From assembly GCA_964016885.1 (NCBI GenBank), contig OZ024742.1, forward strand, positions 162,006,001 to 162,070,000: a DNA stretch of 64,000 bases, given 5' to 3'. A program made the translations under genes and the position numbers. This document shows, piece by piece, positions 52,301 to 64,000 of this stretch (position 1 is its first letter; every line of letters begins with the position of its first letter). The notes under the pieces are model-generated. The model made no database searches. It was not told the origin of the DNA and was given only the letters and a program-made list of their open reading frames with translations. This DNA is from Eledone cirrhosa (Eukaryota).

Positions 52301-55300
52301 TAAACTACTAGCCTCTCTCCACAGACCCAAACTAAACTACTAGCTCTCTACAGACCCAAACTAAATTACTAGCCTCTCTACAGACCCAAACTAAACTACT
52401 AGCTCTCTACAGACCCAAACTAAACTACTAGCCTCAACAGACCCAAACTAAACTACTAGCTCTCTACAGACCCAAACTAAACTACTAGCTCTCTACAGAC
52501 CCAAACTAAACTACTAGCTCTCTACAGACCCAAACTAAACTACTAGCTCTCTACAGACCCAAACTAAACTACTAGCCTCAACAGATCCAAACTAAACTAC
52601 TAGCCTCTACAGACCCAAACTAAACTACTAGCTCTCTACAGACCCAAACTAAACTACTAGCTCTCTACAGACCCAAACTAAACTACTAGCTCTCTACAGA
52701 CCCAAACTAAACTACTAGCCTCAACAGACCCAAACTAAACTACTAGCTCTCTACAGACCCAAACTAAACTGCTAGCTCTCAACAGACCCAAACTAAACTA
52801 CTAGCTCTCTACAGACCCAAACTAAACTACTAGCTCTCTACAGACCCAAACAAAACTACTAGCCTCAACAGACCCAAACTAAACTACTAGCTCTCAACAG
52901 ACCCAAACTAAACTACTAGCTCTCTACAGACCCAAACTAAACTACTAGCCTCCACAGACCCAAAATAAACTACTAGCTCTCAACAGACCCAAACTAAACT
53001 ACTAGCTGTCTACAGACCCAAACTAAATTACTAGCCTCTCTACAGACCCAAACTAAACTACTAGCTCTCTACAGACCCAAACTAAACTACTAGCCTCAAC
53101 AGACCCAAACTAAATTACTAGCCTCTCTACAGACCCAAACTAAACTACTAGCTCTCTACAGACCCAAACTAAACTACTAGCCTCAACAGACCCAAACTAA
53201 ACTACTAGCTCTCTACAGACCCAAACTAAACTACTAGCCTCAACAGACCCAAACTAAACTACTAGCTCTCTACAGACCCAAACTAAACTGCTAGCTCTCA
53301 ACAGACCCAAACTAAACTACTAGCTCTCTACAGACCCAAACTAAACTACTAGCTCTCTACAGACCCAAACAAAACTACTAGCCTCAACAGACCCAAACTA
53401 AACTACTAGCTCTCAACAGACCCAAACTAAACTACTAGCTCTCTACAGACCCAAACTAAACTACTAGCCTCCACAGACCCAAAATAAACTACTAGCTCTC
53501 AACAGACCCAAACTAAACTACTAGCTCTCTACAGACCCAAACTAAACTACTAGCCTCCACAGACCCAAAATAAACTACTAGCTCTCAACAGACCCAAACT
53601 AAACTACTAGCTCTCAACAGACCCAAACTAAACTACTAGCCTCTCTACAGACCCTAACTAAACTACTAGCCTCTCTACAGACCCAAACTAAACTACTAGC
53701 CTCTCTCCACAGACCCAAACTAAACTACTAGCTCTCTACAGACCCAAACTAAATTACTAGCCTCTCTACAGACCCAAATTAAACTACTAGCTCTCTACAG
53801 ACCCAAACTAAACTACTAGCTCTCAACAGACCGAAACTAAACTACTAGCTCTCTACAGACCCAAACTAAACTACTAGCCTCGCTCCACAGACCCAAACTA
53901 AACTACTAGCTCTCTACAGACCCAAACTAAATTACTAGCTTCTCTACAGACCCAAACTAAACTACTAGCTCTCTACAGACCCAAACTAAACTACTAGCTC
54001 TCAACAGACCCAAACTAAACAACTAGCTCTCTACAGACCCAAACTAAACTACTAGCTCTCTACAGACCCAAACTAAACTACTAGCCTCTCTCTACAGACC
54101 CAAACTAAATTACTAGCCTCTCTACAGACCCAAACTAAACTACTAGCTCTCCACAGACCCAAACTAAACTACTAGCTCTCTACAGACCCAAACTAAACTA
54201 CTAGCCTCAACAGACCCAAACTAAACAACTAGCTCTCTACAGAACCAAACTAAACTACTAGCTCTCTACAGACCCAAACTAAACTACTAGTCTCAACAGA
54301 CCCAAACTAAACTACTAGTTCTCTACAGACCCAGACGAAACTACTAGCTCTATACAGACCCAAACTAAACTACTAGCTCTCTACAGACCCAAACTAAACT
54401 ACTAGCTCTCTACAGACCCAAACTAAACTACTAGCCTCAACAGACCCAAACTAAACTACTAGCTCTCTACAGACCCAAACTAAACTACTAGCTCTCAACA
54501 GACCCAAACTAAACTACTAGCTCTCAACAGACCCAAACTAAACTACTAGCTCTCTACAGACCCAAACTAAACTACTAGCTCTCTACAGACCCAAACTAAA
54601 CTACTAGCTCTCAACAGACCCAAACTAAACTACTAGCTCTCTACAGACCCAAACTAAACTACTAGCCTCTCTACAGACCCAAACTAAACTACTAGCCTCT
54701 CTACAGACCCAAACTAAACTACTAGCTCTCTACAGACCCAAACTAAACTACTAGCCTCCACAGACCCAAACTAAACTACTAGCTCTCAACAGACCCAAAC
54801 TAAACTACTAGCTCTCTACAGACCCAAACTAAACTACTAGCTCTCTACAGACCCAAACTAAACTACTAGCTCTCTACAGACCCAAACTAAACTACTAGCC
54901 TCTCTACAGACCCAAACTAAACTACTAGCTCTCTACAGACCCAAACTAAACTACTAGCCTCTCTACAGACCCAAACTAAACTACTAGCCTCAACAGACCC
55001 AAACTAAACTACTAGCTCTCTACAGACCCAAACTAAACTACGAGCTCTCTACAGACCCAAACTAAACTACTAGCTCTCTACAGACCCAAACTAAACTACT
55101 AGCTCTCTACAGACCCAAACTAAACTACTAGCCTCAACAGACCCAAACTAAACTACTAGCCTCTACAGACCCAAACTAAACTACTAGTTCTCTACAGACC
55201 CAAACTAAACTACTAGCTCTCTATAGACCCAAACTAAACTACTAGCTCTCTACAGACCCAAACTAAACTACTAGCCTCAACAGACCCAAACTAAACTACT

Positions 55301-58300
55301 AGCTCTATACAGACCCAAACTAAACTACTAGCCTCAACAGACCCAAACTAAACTACTAGCTCTCTACAGACCCAAACTAAACTGCTAGCTCTCAACAGAC
55401 CCAAACTAAACTACTAGCTCTCTACAGACCCAAACTAAACTACTAGCCTCCACAGACCCAAAATAAACTACTAGCTCTCAACAGACCCAAACTAAACTAC
55501 TAGCTCTCTACAGACCCAAACTAAACTACTAGCCTCCACAGACCCAAAATAAACTACTAGCTCTCTACAGACCCAAACTAAACTAATAGCTCTCAACAGA
55601 CCCAGACTAAACTACTAGCCTCTCTACAGACCCTAACTAAACTACTAGCCTCTCTACAGACCCAAACTAAACTACTAGCCTCTCTCCACAGACCCAAACT
55701 AAACTACTAGCTCTCTACAGACCCAAACTAAATTACTAGCCTCTCTACAGACCCAAATTAAACTACTAGCTCTCTACAGACCCAAACTAAACTACTAGCT
55801 CTCAACAGACCCAAACTAAACTACTAGCTCTCTACAGACCCAAACTAAACTACTAGCCTCTCTACAGACCCAAACTAAACTACTAGCTCTCTACAGACCC
55901 AAACTAAACTACTAGCCTCTCTACAGACCCAAACTAAACTACTAGCCTCTCTCCACAGACCCAAACTAAACTACTAGCTCTCTACAGACCCAAACTAAAT
56001 TACTAGCCTCTCTACAGACCCAAACTAAACTACTAGCTCTCTACAGACCCAAACTAAACTACTAGCCTCAACAGACCCAAACTAAACTACTAGCTCTCTA
56101 CAGACCCAAACTAAACTACTAGCTCTCTACAGACCCAAACTAAACTACTAGCTCTCTACAGACCCAAACTAAACTACTAGCTCTCTACAGACCCAAACTA
56201 AACTACTAGCCTCAACAGATCCAAACTAAACTACTAGCCTCTACAGACCCAAACTAAACTACTAGCTCTCTACAGACCCAAACTAAACTACTAGCTCTCT
56301 ACAGACCCAAACTAAACTACTAGCTCTCTACAGACCCAAACTAAACTACTAGCCTCAACAGACCCAAACTAAACTACTAGCTCTCTACAGACCCAAACTA
56401 AACTGCTAGCTCTCAACAGACCCAAACTAAACTACTAGCTCTCTACAGACCCAAACTAAACTACTAGCTCTCTACAGACCCAAACAAAACTACTAGCCTC
56501 AACAGACCCAAACTAAACTACTAGCTCTCAACAGACCCAAACTAAACTACTAGCTCTCTACAGACCCAAACTAAACTACTAGCCTCCACAGACCCAAAAT
56601 AAACTACTAGCTCTCAACAGACCCAAACTAAACTACTAGCTGTCTACAGACCCAAACTAAATTACTAGCCTCTCTACAGACCCAAACTAAACTACTAGCT
56701 CTCTACAGACCCAAACTAAACTACTAGCCTCAACAGACCCAAACTAAACTACTAGCTCTCTACAGACCCAAACTAAACTACTAGCTCTCTACAGACCCAA
56801 ACTAAACTACTAGCTCTCTACAGACCCAAACTAAACTACTAGCTCTCTACAGACCCAAACTAAACTACTAGCCTCAACAGACCCAAACTAAACTACTAGC
56901 CTCTACAGACCCAAACTAAACTACTAGTTCTCTACAGACCCAAACTAAACTACTAGCTCTCTACAGACCCAAACTAAACTACTAGCTCTCTACAGACCCA
57001 AACTAAACTACTAGCCTCAACAGACCCAAACTAAACTACTAGCTCTCTACAGACCCAAACTAAACTACTAGCCTCAACAGACCCAAACTAAACTACTAGC
57101 TCTCTACAGACCCAAACTAAACTGCTAGCTCTCAACAGACCCAAACTAAACTACTAGCTCTCTACAGACCCAAACTAAACTACTAGCTCTCTACAGACCC
57201 AAACAAAACTACTAGCCTCAACAGACCCAAACTAAACTACTAGCTCTCAACAGACCCAAACTAAACTACTAGCTCTCTACAGACCCAAACTAAACTACTA
57301 GCCTCCACAGACCCAAAATAAACTACTAGCTCTCAACAGACCCAAACTAAACTACTAGCTCTCTACAGACCCAAACTAAACTACTAGCCTCCACAGACCC
57401 AAAATAAACTACTAGCTCTCAACAGACCCAAACTAAACAACTAGCTCTCAACAGACCCAAACTAAACTACTAGCCTCTCTACAGACCCTAACTAAACTAC
57501 TAGCCTCTCTACAGACCCAAACTAAACTACTAGCCTCTCTCCACAGACCCAAACTAAACTACTAGCTCTCTACAGACCCAAACTAAATTACTAGCCTCTC
57601 TACAGACCCAAATTAAACTACTAGCTCTCTACAGACCCAAACTAAACTACTAGCTCTGAACAGACCGAAACTAAACTACTAGCTCTCTACAGACCCAAAC
57701 TAAACTACTAGCCTCTCTACAGACCCAAACTAAACTACTAGCTCTCTACAGACCCAAACTAAACTACTAGCCTCTCTACAGACCCAAACTAAACTACTAG
57801 CCTCTCTCCACAGACCCAAACTAAACTACTAGCTCTCTACAGACCCAAACTAAATTACTAGCCTCTCTACAGACCCAAACTAAACTACTAGCTCTCTACA
57901 GACCCAAACTAAACTACTAGCTCTCTACAGACCCAAACTAAACTACTAGCTCTCTACAGACCCAAACTAAACTACTAGCTCTCTACAGACCCAAACTAAA
58001 CTACTAGCTCTCTACAGACCCAAACTAAACTACTACCCTCAACAGACCCAAACTAAACTACTAGCCTCTACAGACCCAAACTAAACTACTAGTTCTCTAC
58101 AGACCCAAACTAAACTACTAGCTCTCTACAGACCCAAACTAAACTACTAGCTCTCTACAGACCCAAACTAAACTACTAGCCTCAACAGACCCAAACTAAA
58201 CTACTAGCTCTCTACAGACCCAAACTAAACTGCTAGCTCTCAACAGACCCAAACTAAACTACTAGCTCTCTACAGACCCAAACTAAACTACTAGCTCTCT

Positions 58301-61300
58301 ACAGACCCAAACAAAACTACTAGCCTCAACAGACCCAAACTAAACTACTAGCTCTCAACAGACCCAAACTAAACTACTAGCTCTCAACAGACCCAAACTA
58401 AACTACTAGCTCTCTACAGACCCAAACTAAACTACTAGCTCTCAACAGACCGAAACTAAACTACTAGCTCTCAACAGACCGAAACTAAACTACTAGCTCT
58501 CTACAGACCCAAACTAAACTACTAGCCTCTCTACAGACCCAAACTAAACTACTAGCTCTCTACAGACCCAAACTAAACTACTAGCTCTCTACAGACCCAA
58601 ACTAAACTACTAGCCTCTCTCCACAGACCCAAACTAAACTACTAGCTCTCTACAGACCCAAACTAAATTACTAGCCTCTCTACAGACCCAAACTAAACTA
58701 CTAGCTCTCTACAGACCCAAACTAAACTACTAGCTCTCTACAGACCCAAACTAAACTACTAGCTCTCTACAGACCCAAACTAAACTACTAGCTCTCTACA
58801 GACCCAAACTAAACTACTAGCTCTCTACAGACCCAAACTAAACTACTAGCTATCTACAGACCCAAACTAAACTACTAGCCTCAACAGACCCAAACTAAAC
58901 TACTAGCCTCTACAGACCCAAACTAAACTACTAGTTCTCTACAGACCCAAACTAAACTACTAGCTCTCTACAGACCCAAACTAAACTACTAGCTCTCTAC
59001 AGACCCAAACTAAACTACTAGCCTCAACAGACCCAAACTAAACTACTAGCTCTCTACAGACCCAAACTAAACTACTAGCCTCAACAGACCCAAACTAAAC
59101 TACTAGCTCTCTACAGACCCAAACTAAACTACTAGCTCTCTACAGACCCAAACTAAACTACTAGCTCTCTACAGACCCAAACTAAACTGCTAGCTCTCAA
59201 CAGACCCAAACTAAACTACTAGCTCTCTACAGACCCAAACTAAACTACTAGCTCTCTACAGACCCAAACAAAACTACTAGCCTCAACAGACCCAAACTAA
59301 ACTACTAGCTCTCAACAGACCCAAACTAAACTACTAGCTCTCTACAGACCCAAACTAAACTACTAGCCTCCACAGACCCAAAATAAACTACTAGCTCTCA
59401 ACAGACCCAAACTAAACTACTAGCTCTCTACAGACCCAAACTAAACTACTAGCCTCAACAGACCCAAACTAAACTACTAGCTCTCTACAGACCGAAACTA
59501 AATTACTAGCCTCTCTACAGACCCAAACTAAACTACTAGCTCTCTACAGACCCAAACTAAACTACTAGCCTCAACAGACCCAAACTAAACTACTAGCTCT
59601 CTACAGACCCAAACTAAACTACTAGCTCTCTACAGACCCAAACTAAACTACTAGCTCTCTACAGACCCAAACTAAACTACTAGCTCTCTACAGACCCAAA
59701 CTAAACTACTAGCCTCAACAGACCCAAACTAAACTACTAGCCTCTAGCAACCAAACTAAACTACTAGTTCTCTACAGACCCAAACTAAACTACTAGCTCT
59801 CTACAGACCCAAACTAAACTACTAGCTCTCTACAGACCCAAACTAAACTACTAGCCTCAACAGACCCAAACTAAACTACTAGCTCTCTACAGACCCAAAC
59901 TAAACTACTAGCCTCAACAGACCCAAACTAAACTACTAGCTCTCTACAGACCCAAACTAAACTGCTAGCTCTCAACAGACCCAAACTAAACTACTAGCTC
60001 TCTACAGACCCAAACTAAACTACTAGCTCTCTACAGACCCAAACAAAACTACTAGCCTCAACAGACCCAAACTAAACTACTAGCTCTCAACAGACCCAAA
60101 CTAAACTACTAGCTCTCTACAGACCCAAACTAAACTACTAGCCTCCACAGACCCAAAATAAACTACTAGCTCTCAACAGACCCAAACTAAACTACTAGCT
60201 CTCTACAGACCCAAACTAAACTACTAGCCTCCACAGACCCAAAATAAACTACTAGCTCTCAACAGACCCAAACTAAACTACTAGCTCTCTACAGACCCAA
60301 ACTAAACTACTAGCCTCTCTACAGACCCTAACTAAACTACTAGCCTCTCTACAGACCCAAACTAAACTACTAGCCTCTCTCCACAGACCCAAACTAAACT
60401 ACTAGCTCTCAACAGACCCAAACTAAACTACTAGCTCTCTACAGACCCAAACTAAACTACTAGCCTCAACAGACCCAAACTAAACTACTAGCTCTCTACA
60501 GACCCAAACTAAACTGCTAGCACTCAACAGACCCAAACTAAACTACTAGCTCTCTACAGACCCAAACTAAACTACTAGCTCTCTACAGACCCAAACTAAA
60601 CTACTAGCTCTCAACAGACCCAAACTAAACTACTAGCTCTCTACAGACCCAAACTAAACTACTAGCCTCTCTACAGACCCAAACTAAACTACTAGCTCTC
60701 TACAGACCCAAACTAAACTACTAGCCTCTCTACAGACCCAAACTAAACTACTAGCCTCTCTCCACAGACCCAAACTAAACTACTAGCTCTCTACAGACCC
60801 AAACTAAATTACTAGCCTCTCTACAGACCCAAACTAAACTACTAGCTCTCTACAGACCCAAACTAAACTGCTAGCTCTCAACAGACCCAAACTAAACTAC
60901 TAGCTCTCTACAGACCCAAACTAAACTACTAGCTCTCTACAGACCCAAACAAAACTACTAGCCTCAACAGACCCAAACTAAACTACTAGCTCTCAACAGA
61001 CCCAAACTAAACTACTAGCTCTCTACAGACCCAAACTAAACTACTAGCCTCCACAGACCCAAAATAAACTACTAGCTCTCAACAGACCCAAACTAAACTA
61101 CTAGCTCTCTACAGACCCAAACTAAACTACTAGCCTCAACAGACCCAAACTAAACTACTAGCTCTCTACAGACCGAAACTAAATTACTAGCCTCTCTACA
61201 GACCCAAACTAAACTACTAGCTCTCTACAGACCCAAACTAAACTACTAGCCTCAACAGACCCAAACTAAACTACTAGCTCTCTACAGACCCAAACTAAAC

Positions 61301-64000
61301 TACTAGCTCTCTACAGACCCAAACTAAACTACTAGCTCTCTACAGACCCAAACTAAACTACTAGCTCTCTACAGACCCAAACTAAACTACTAGCCTCAAC
61401 AGACCCAAACTAAACTACTAGCCTCTAGCAACCAAACTAAACTACTAGTTCTCTACAGACCCAAACTAAACTACTAGCTCTCTACAGACCCAAACTAAAC
61501 TACTAGCTCTCTACAGACCCAAACTAAACTACTAGCCTCAACAGACCCAAACTAAACTACTAGCTCTCTACAGACCCAAACTAAACTACTAGCCTCAACA
61601 GACCCAAACTAAACTACTAGCTCTCTACAGACCCAAACTAAACTGCTAGCTCTCAACAGACCCAAACTAAACTACTAGCTCTCTACAGACCCAAACTAAA
61701 CTACTAGCTCTCTACAGACCCAAACAAAACTACTAGCCTCAACAGACCCAAACTAAACTACTAGCTCTCAACAGACCCAAACTAAACTACTAGCTCTCTA
61801 CAGACCCAAACTAAACTACTAGCCTCCACAGACCCAAAATAAACTACTAGCTCTCAACAGACCCAAACTAAACTACTAGCTCTCTACAGACCCAAACTAA
61901 ACTACTAGCCTCCACAGACCCAAAATAAACTACTAGCTCTCAACAGACCCAAACTAAACTACTAGCTCTCTACAGACCCAAACTAAACTACTAGCCTCTC
62001 TACAGACCCTAACTAAACTACTAGCCTCTCTACAGACCCAAACTAAACTACTAGCCTCTCTCCACAGACCCAAACTAAACTACTAGCTCTCAACAGACCC
62101 AAACTAAACTACTAGCTCTCTACAGACCCAAACTAAACTACTAGCCTCAACAGACCCAAACTAAACTACTAGCTCTCTACAGACCCAAACTAAACTGCTA
62201 GCACTCAACAGACCCAAACTAAACTACTAGCTCTCTACAGACCCAAACTAAACTACTAGCTCTCTACAGACCCAAACTAAACTACTAGCTCTCAACAGAC
62301 CCAAACTAAACTACTAGCTCTCTACAGACCCAAACTAAACTACTAGCCTCTCTACAGACCCAAACTAAACTACTAGCTCTCTACAGACCCAAACTAAACT
62401 ACTAGCCTCTCTACAGACCCAAACTAAACTACTAGCCTCTCTCCACAGACCCAAACTAAACTACTAGCTCTCTACAGACCCAAACTAAATTACTAGCCTC
62501 TCTACAGACCCAAACTAAACTACTAGCTCTCTACAGACCCAAACTAAACTACTAGCCTCAACAGACCCAAACTAAACTACTAGCTCTCTACAGACCCAAA
62601 CTAAACTACTAGCTCTCTACAGACCCAAACTAAACTACGAGCTCTCTACAGACCCAAACTAAACTACTAGCTCTCTACAGACCCAAACTAAACTACTAGC
62701 TCTCTACAGACCCAAACTAAACTACTAGCCTCAACAGACCCAAACTAAACTACTAGCCTCTACAGACCCAAACTAAACTACTAGTTCTCTACAGACCCAA
62801 ACTAAACTACTAGCTCTCTACAGACCCAAACTAAACTACTAGCTCTCTACAGACCCAAACTAAACTACTAGCCTCAACAGACCCAAACTAAACTACTAGC
62901 TCTCTACAGACCCAAACTAAACTACTAGCCTCAACAGACCCAAACTAAACTACTAGCTCTCTACAGACCCAAACTAAACTGCTAGCTCTCAACAGACCCA
63001 AACTAAACTACTAGCTCTCTACAGACCCAAACTAAACTACTAGCTCTCTACAGACCCAAACTAAATTACTAGCCTCTCTACAGACCCAAATTAAACTACT
63101 AGCTCTCTACAGACCCAAACTAAACTACTAGCTCTCAACAGACCGAAACTAAACTACTAGCTCTCTACAGACCCAAACTAAACTACTAGCTCTCTACAGA
63201 CCCAAACTAAACTACTAGCTCTCTACAGACCCAAACTAAACTACTAGCTCTCTACAGACCCAAACTAAACTACTAGCTCTCTACAGACCCAAACTAAACT
63301 ACTAGCCTCAACAGACCCAAACTAAACTACTAGCCTCTACAGACCCAAACTAAACTACTAGTTCTCTACAGACCCAAACTAAACTACTAGCTCTCTACAG
63401 ACCCAAACTAAACTACGAGCTCTCTACAGACCCAAACTAAACTACTAGCCTCAACAGACCCAAACTAAACTACTAGCTCTCTACAGACCCAAACTAAACT
63501 ACTAGCCTCAACAGACCCAAACTAAACTACTAGCTCTCTACAGACCCAAACTAAACTGCTAGCTCTCAACAGACCCAAACTAAACTACTAGCTCTCTACA
63601 GACCCAAACTAAACTACTAGCTCTCTACAGACCCAAACAAAACTACTAGCCTCAACAGACCCAAACTAAACTACTAGCTCTCAACAGACCCAAACTAAAC
63701 TACTAGCTCTCTACAGACCCAAACTAAACTACTAGCTCTCAACAGACCGAAACTAAACTACTAGCTCTCAACAGACCGAAACTAAACTACTAGCTCTCTA
63801 CAGACCCAAACTAAACTACTAGCCTCTCTACAGACCCAAACTAAACTACTAGCTCTCTACAGACCCAAACTAAACTACTAGCCTCTCTACAGACCCAAAC
63901 TAAACTACTAGCCTCTCTCCACAGACCCAAACTAAACTACTAGCTCTCTACAGACCCAAACTAAATTACTAGCCTCTCTACAGACCCAAACTAAACTACT
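25395..64000 (+). repeat. Satellite array of a ~29-bp monomer (28-32 bp variants), at least 38.6 kb, roughly 1,300 monomers, running off the window
   Basis: Consensus ACAGACCCAAACTAAACTACTAGCTCTCT. Length variants arise in the (C)CTCTCT/CCTCA/CCTCTCTCC segment. No non-satellite insertion was seen. Confidence 0.99.

Noticed and set aside
25395-64000. CRISPR-like array (constant ~23-nt repeat plus variable segment)
   Set aside because: The variable parts are only 5-9 nt, drawn from a few recurring variants rather than unique spacers. There are no cas genes and the context is eukaryotic.

Overview
This is eukaryotic, AT-rich, repeat-dense DNA. The SINE and RTE-LINE repertoire resembles an octopus or other coleoid cephalopod, which is an inference from remembered repeat families. 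Bases 1-25.4 kb hold three hand-spliced minus-strand exons (6603-6537, 3968-3863, 1653-1266) of a divergent Ctr/SLC31-family copper transporter; I could not place its first coding exon. The introns and flanks are packed with nested mobile elements: RTE and CR1/L2 LINE fragments, several SINE families, a solo LTR with a 4-bp TSD, TTAA-type and hAT MITEs, a non-autonomous Helitron, and a ~1-kb foldback element with a GC-rich core. There are also several mini- and microsatellites. Bases ~25.4-64 kb are a single uninterrupted satellite of a ~29-bp monomer. Rare variant monomers reveal nested higher-order duplications of 1,681, 3,634, ~5.5k and 11,563 bp. Most ORFs in the supplied track are spurious (repeat-derived or antisense).
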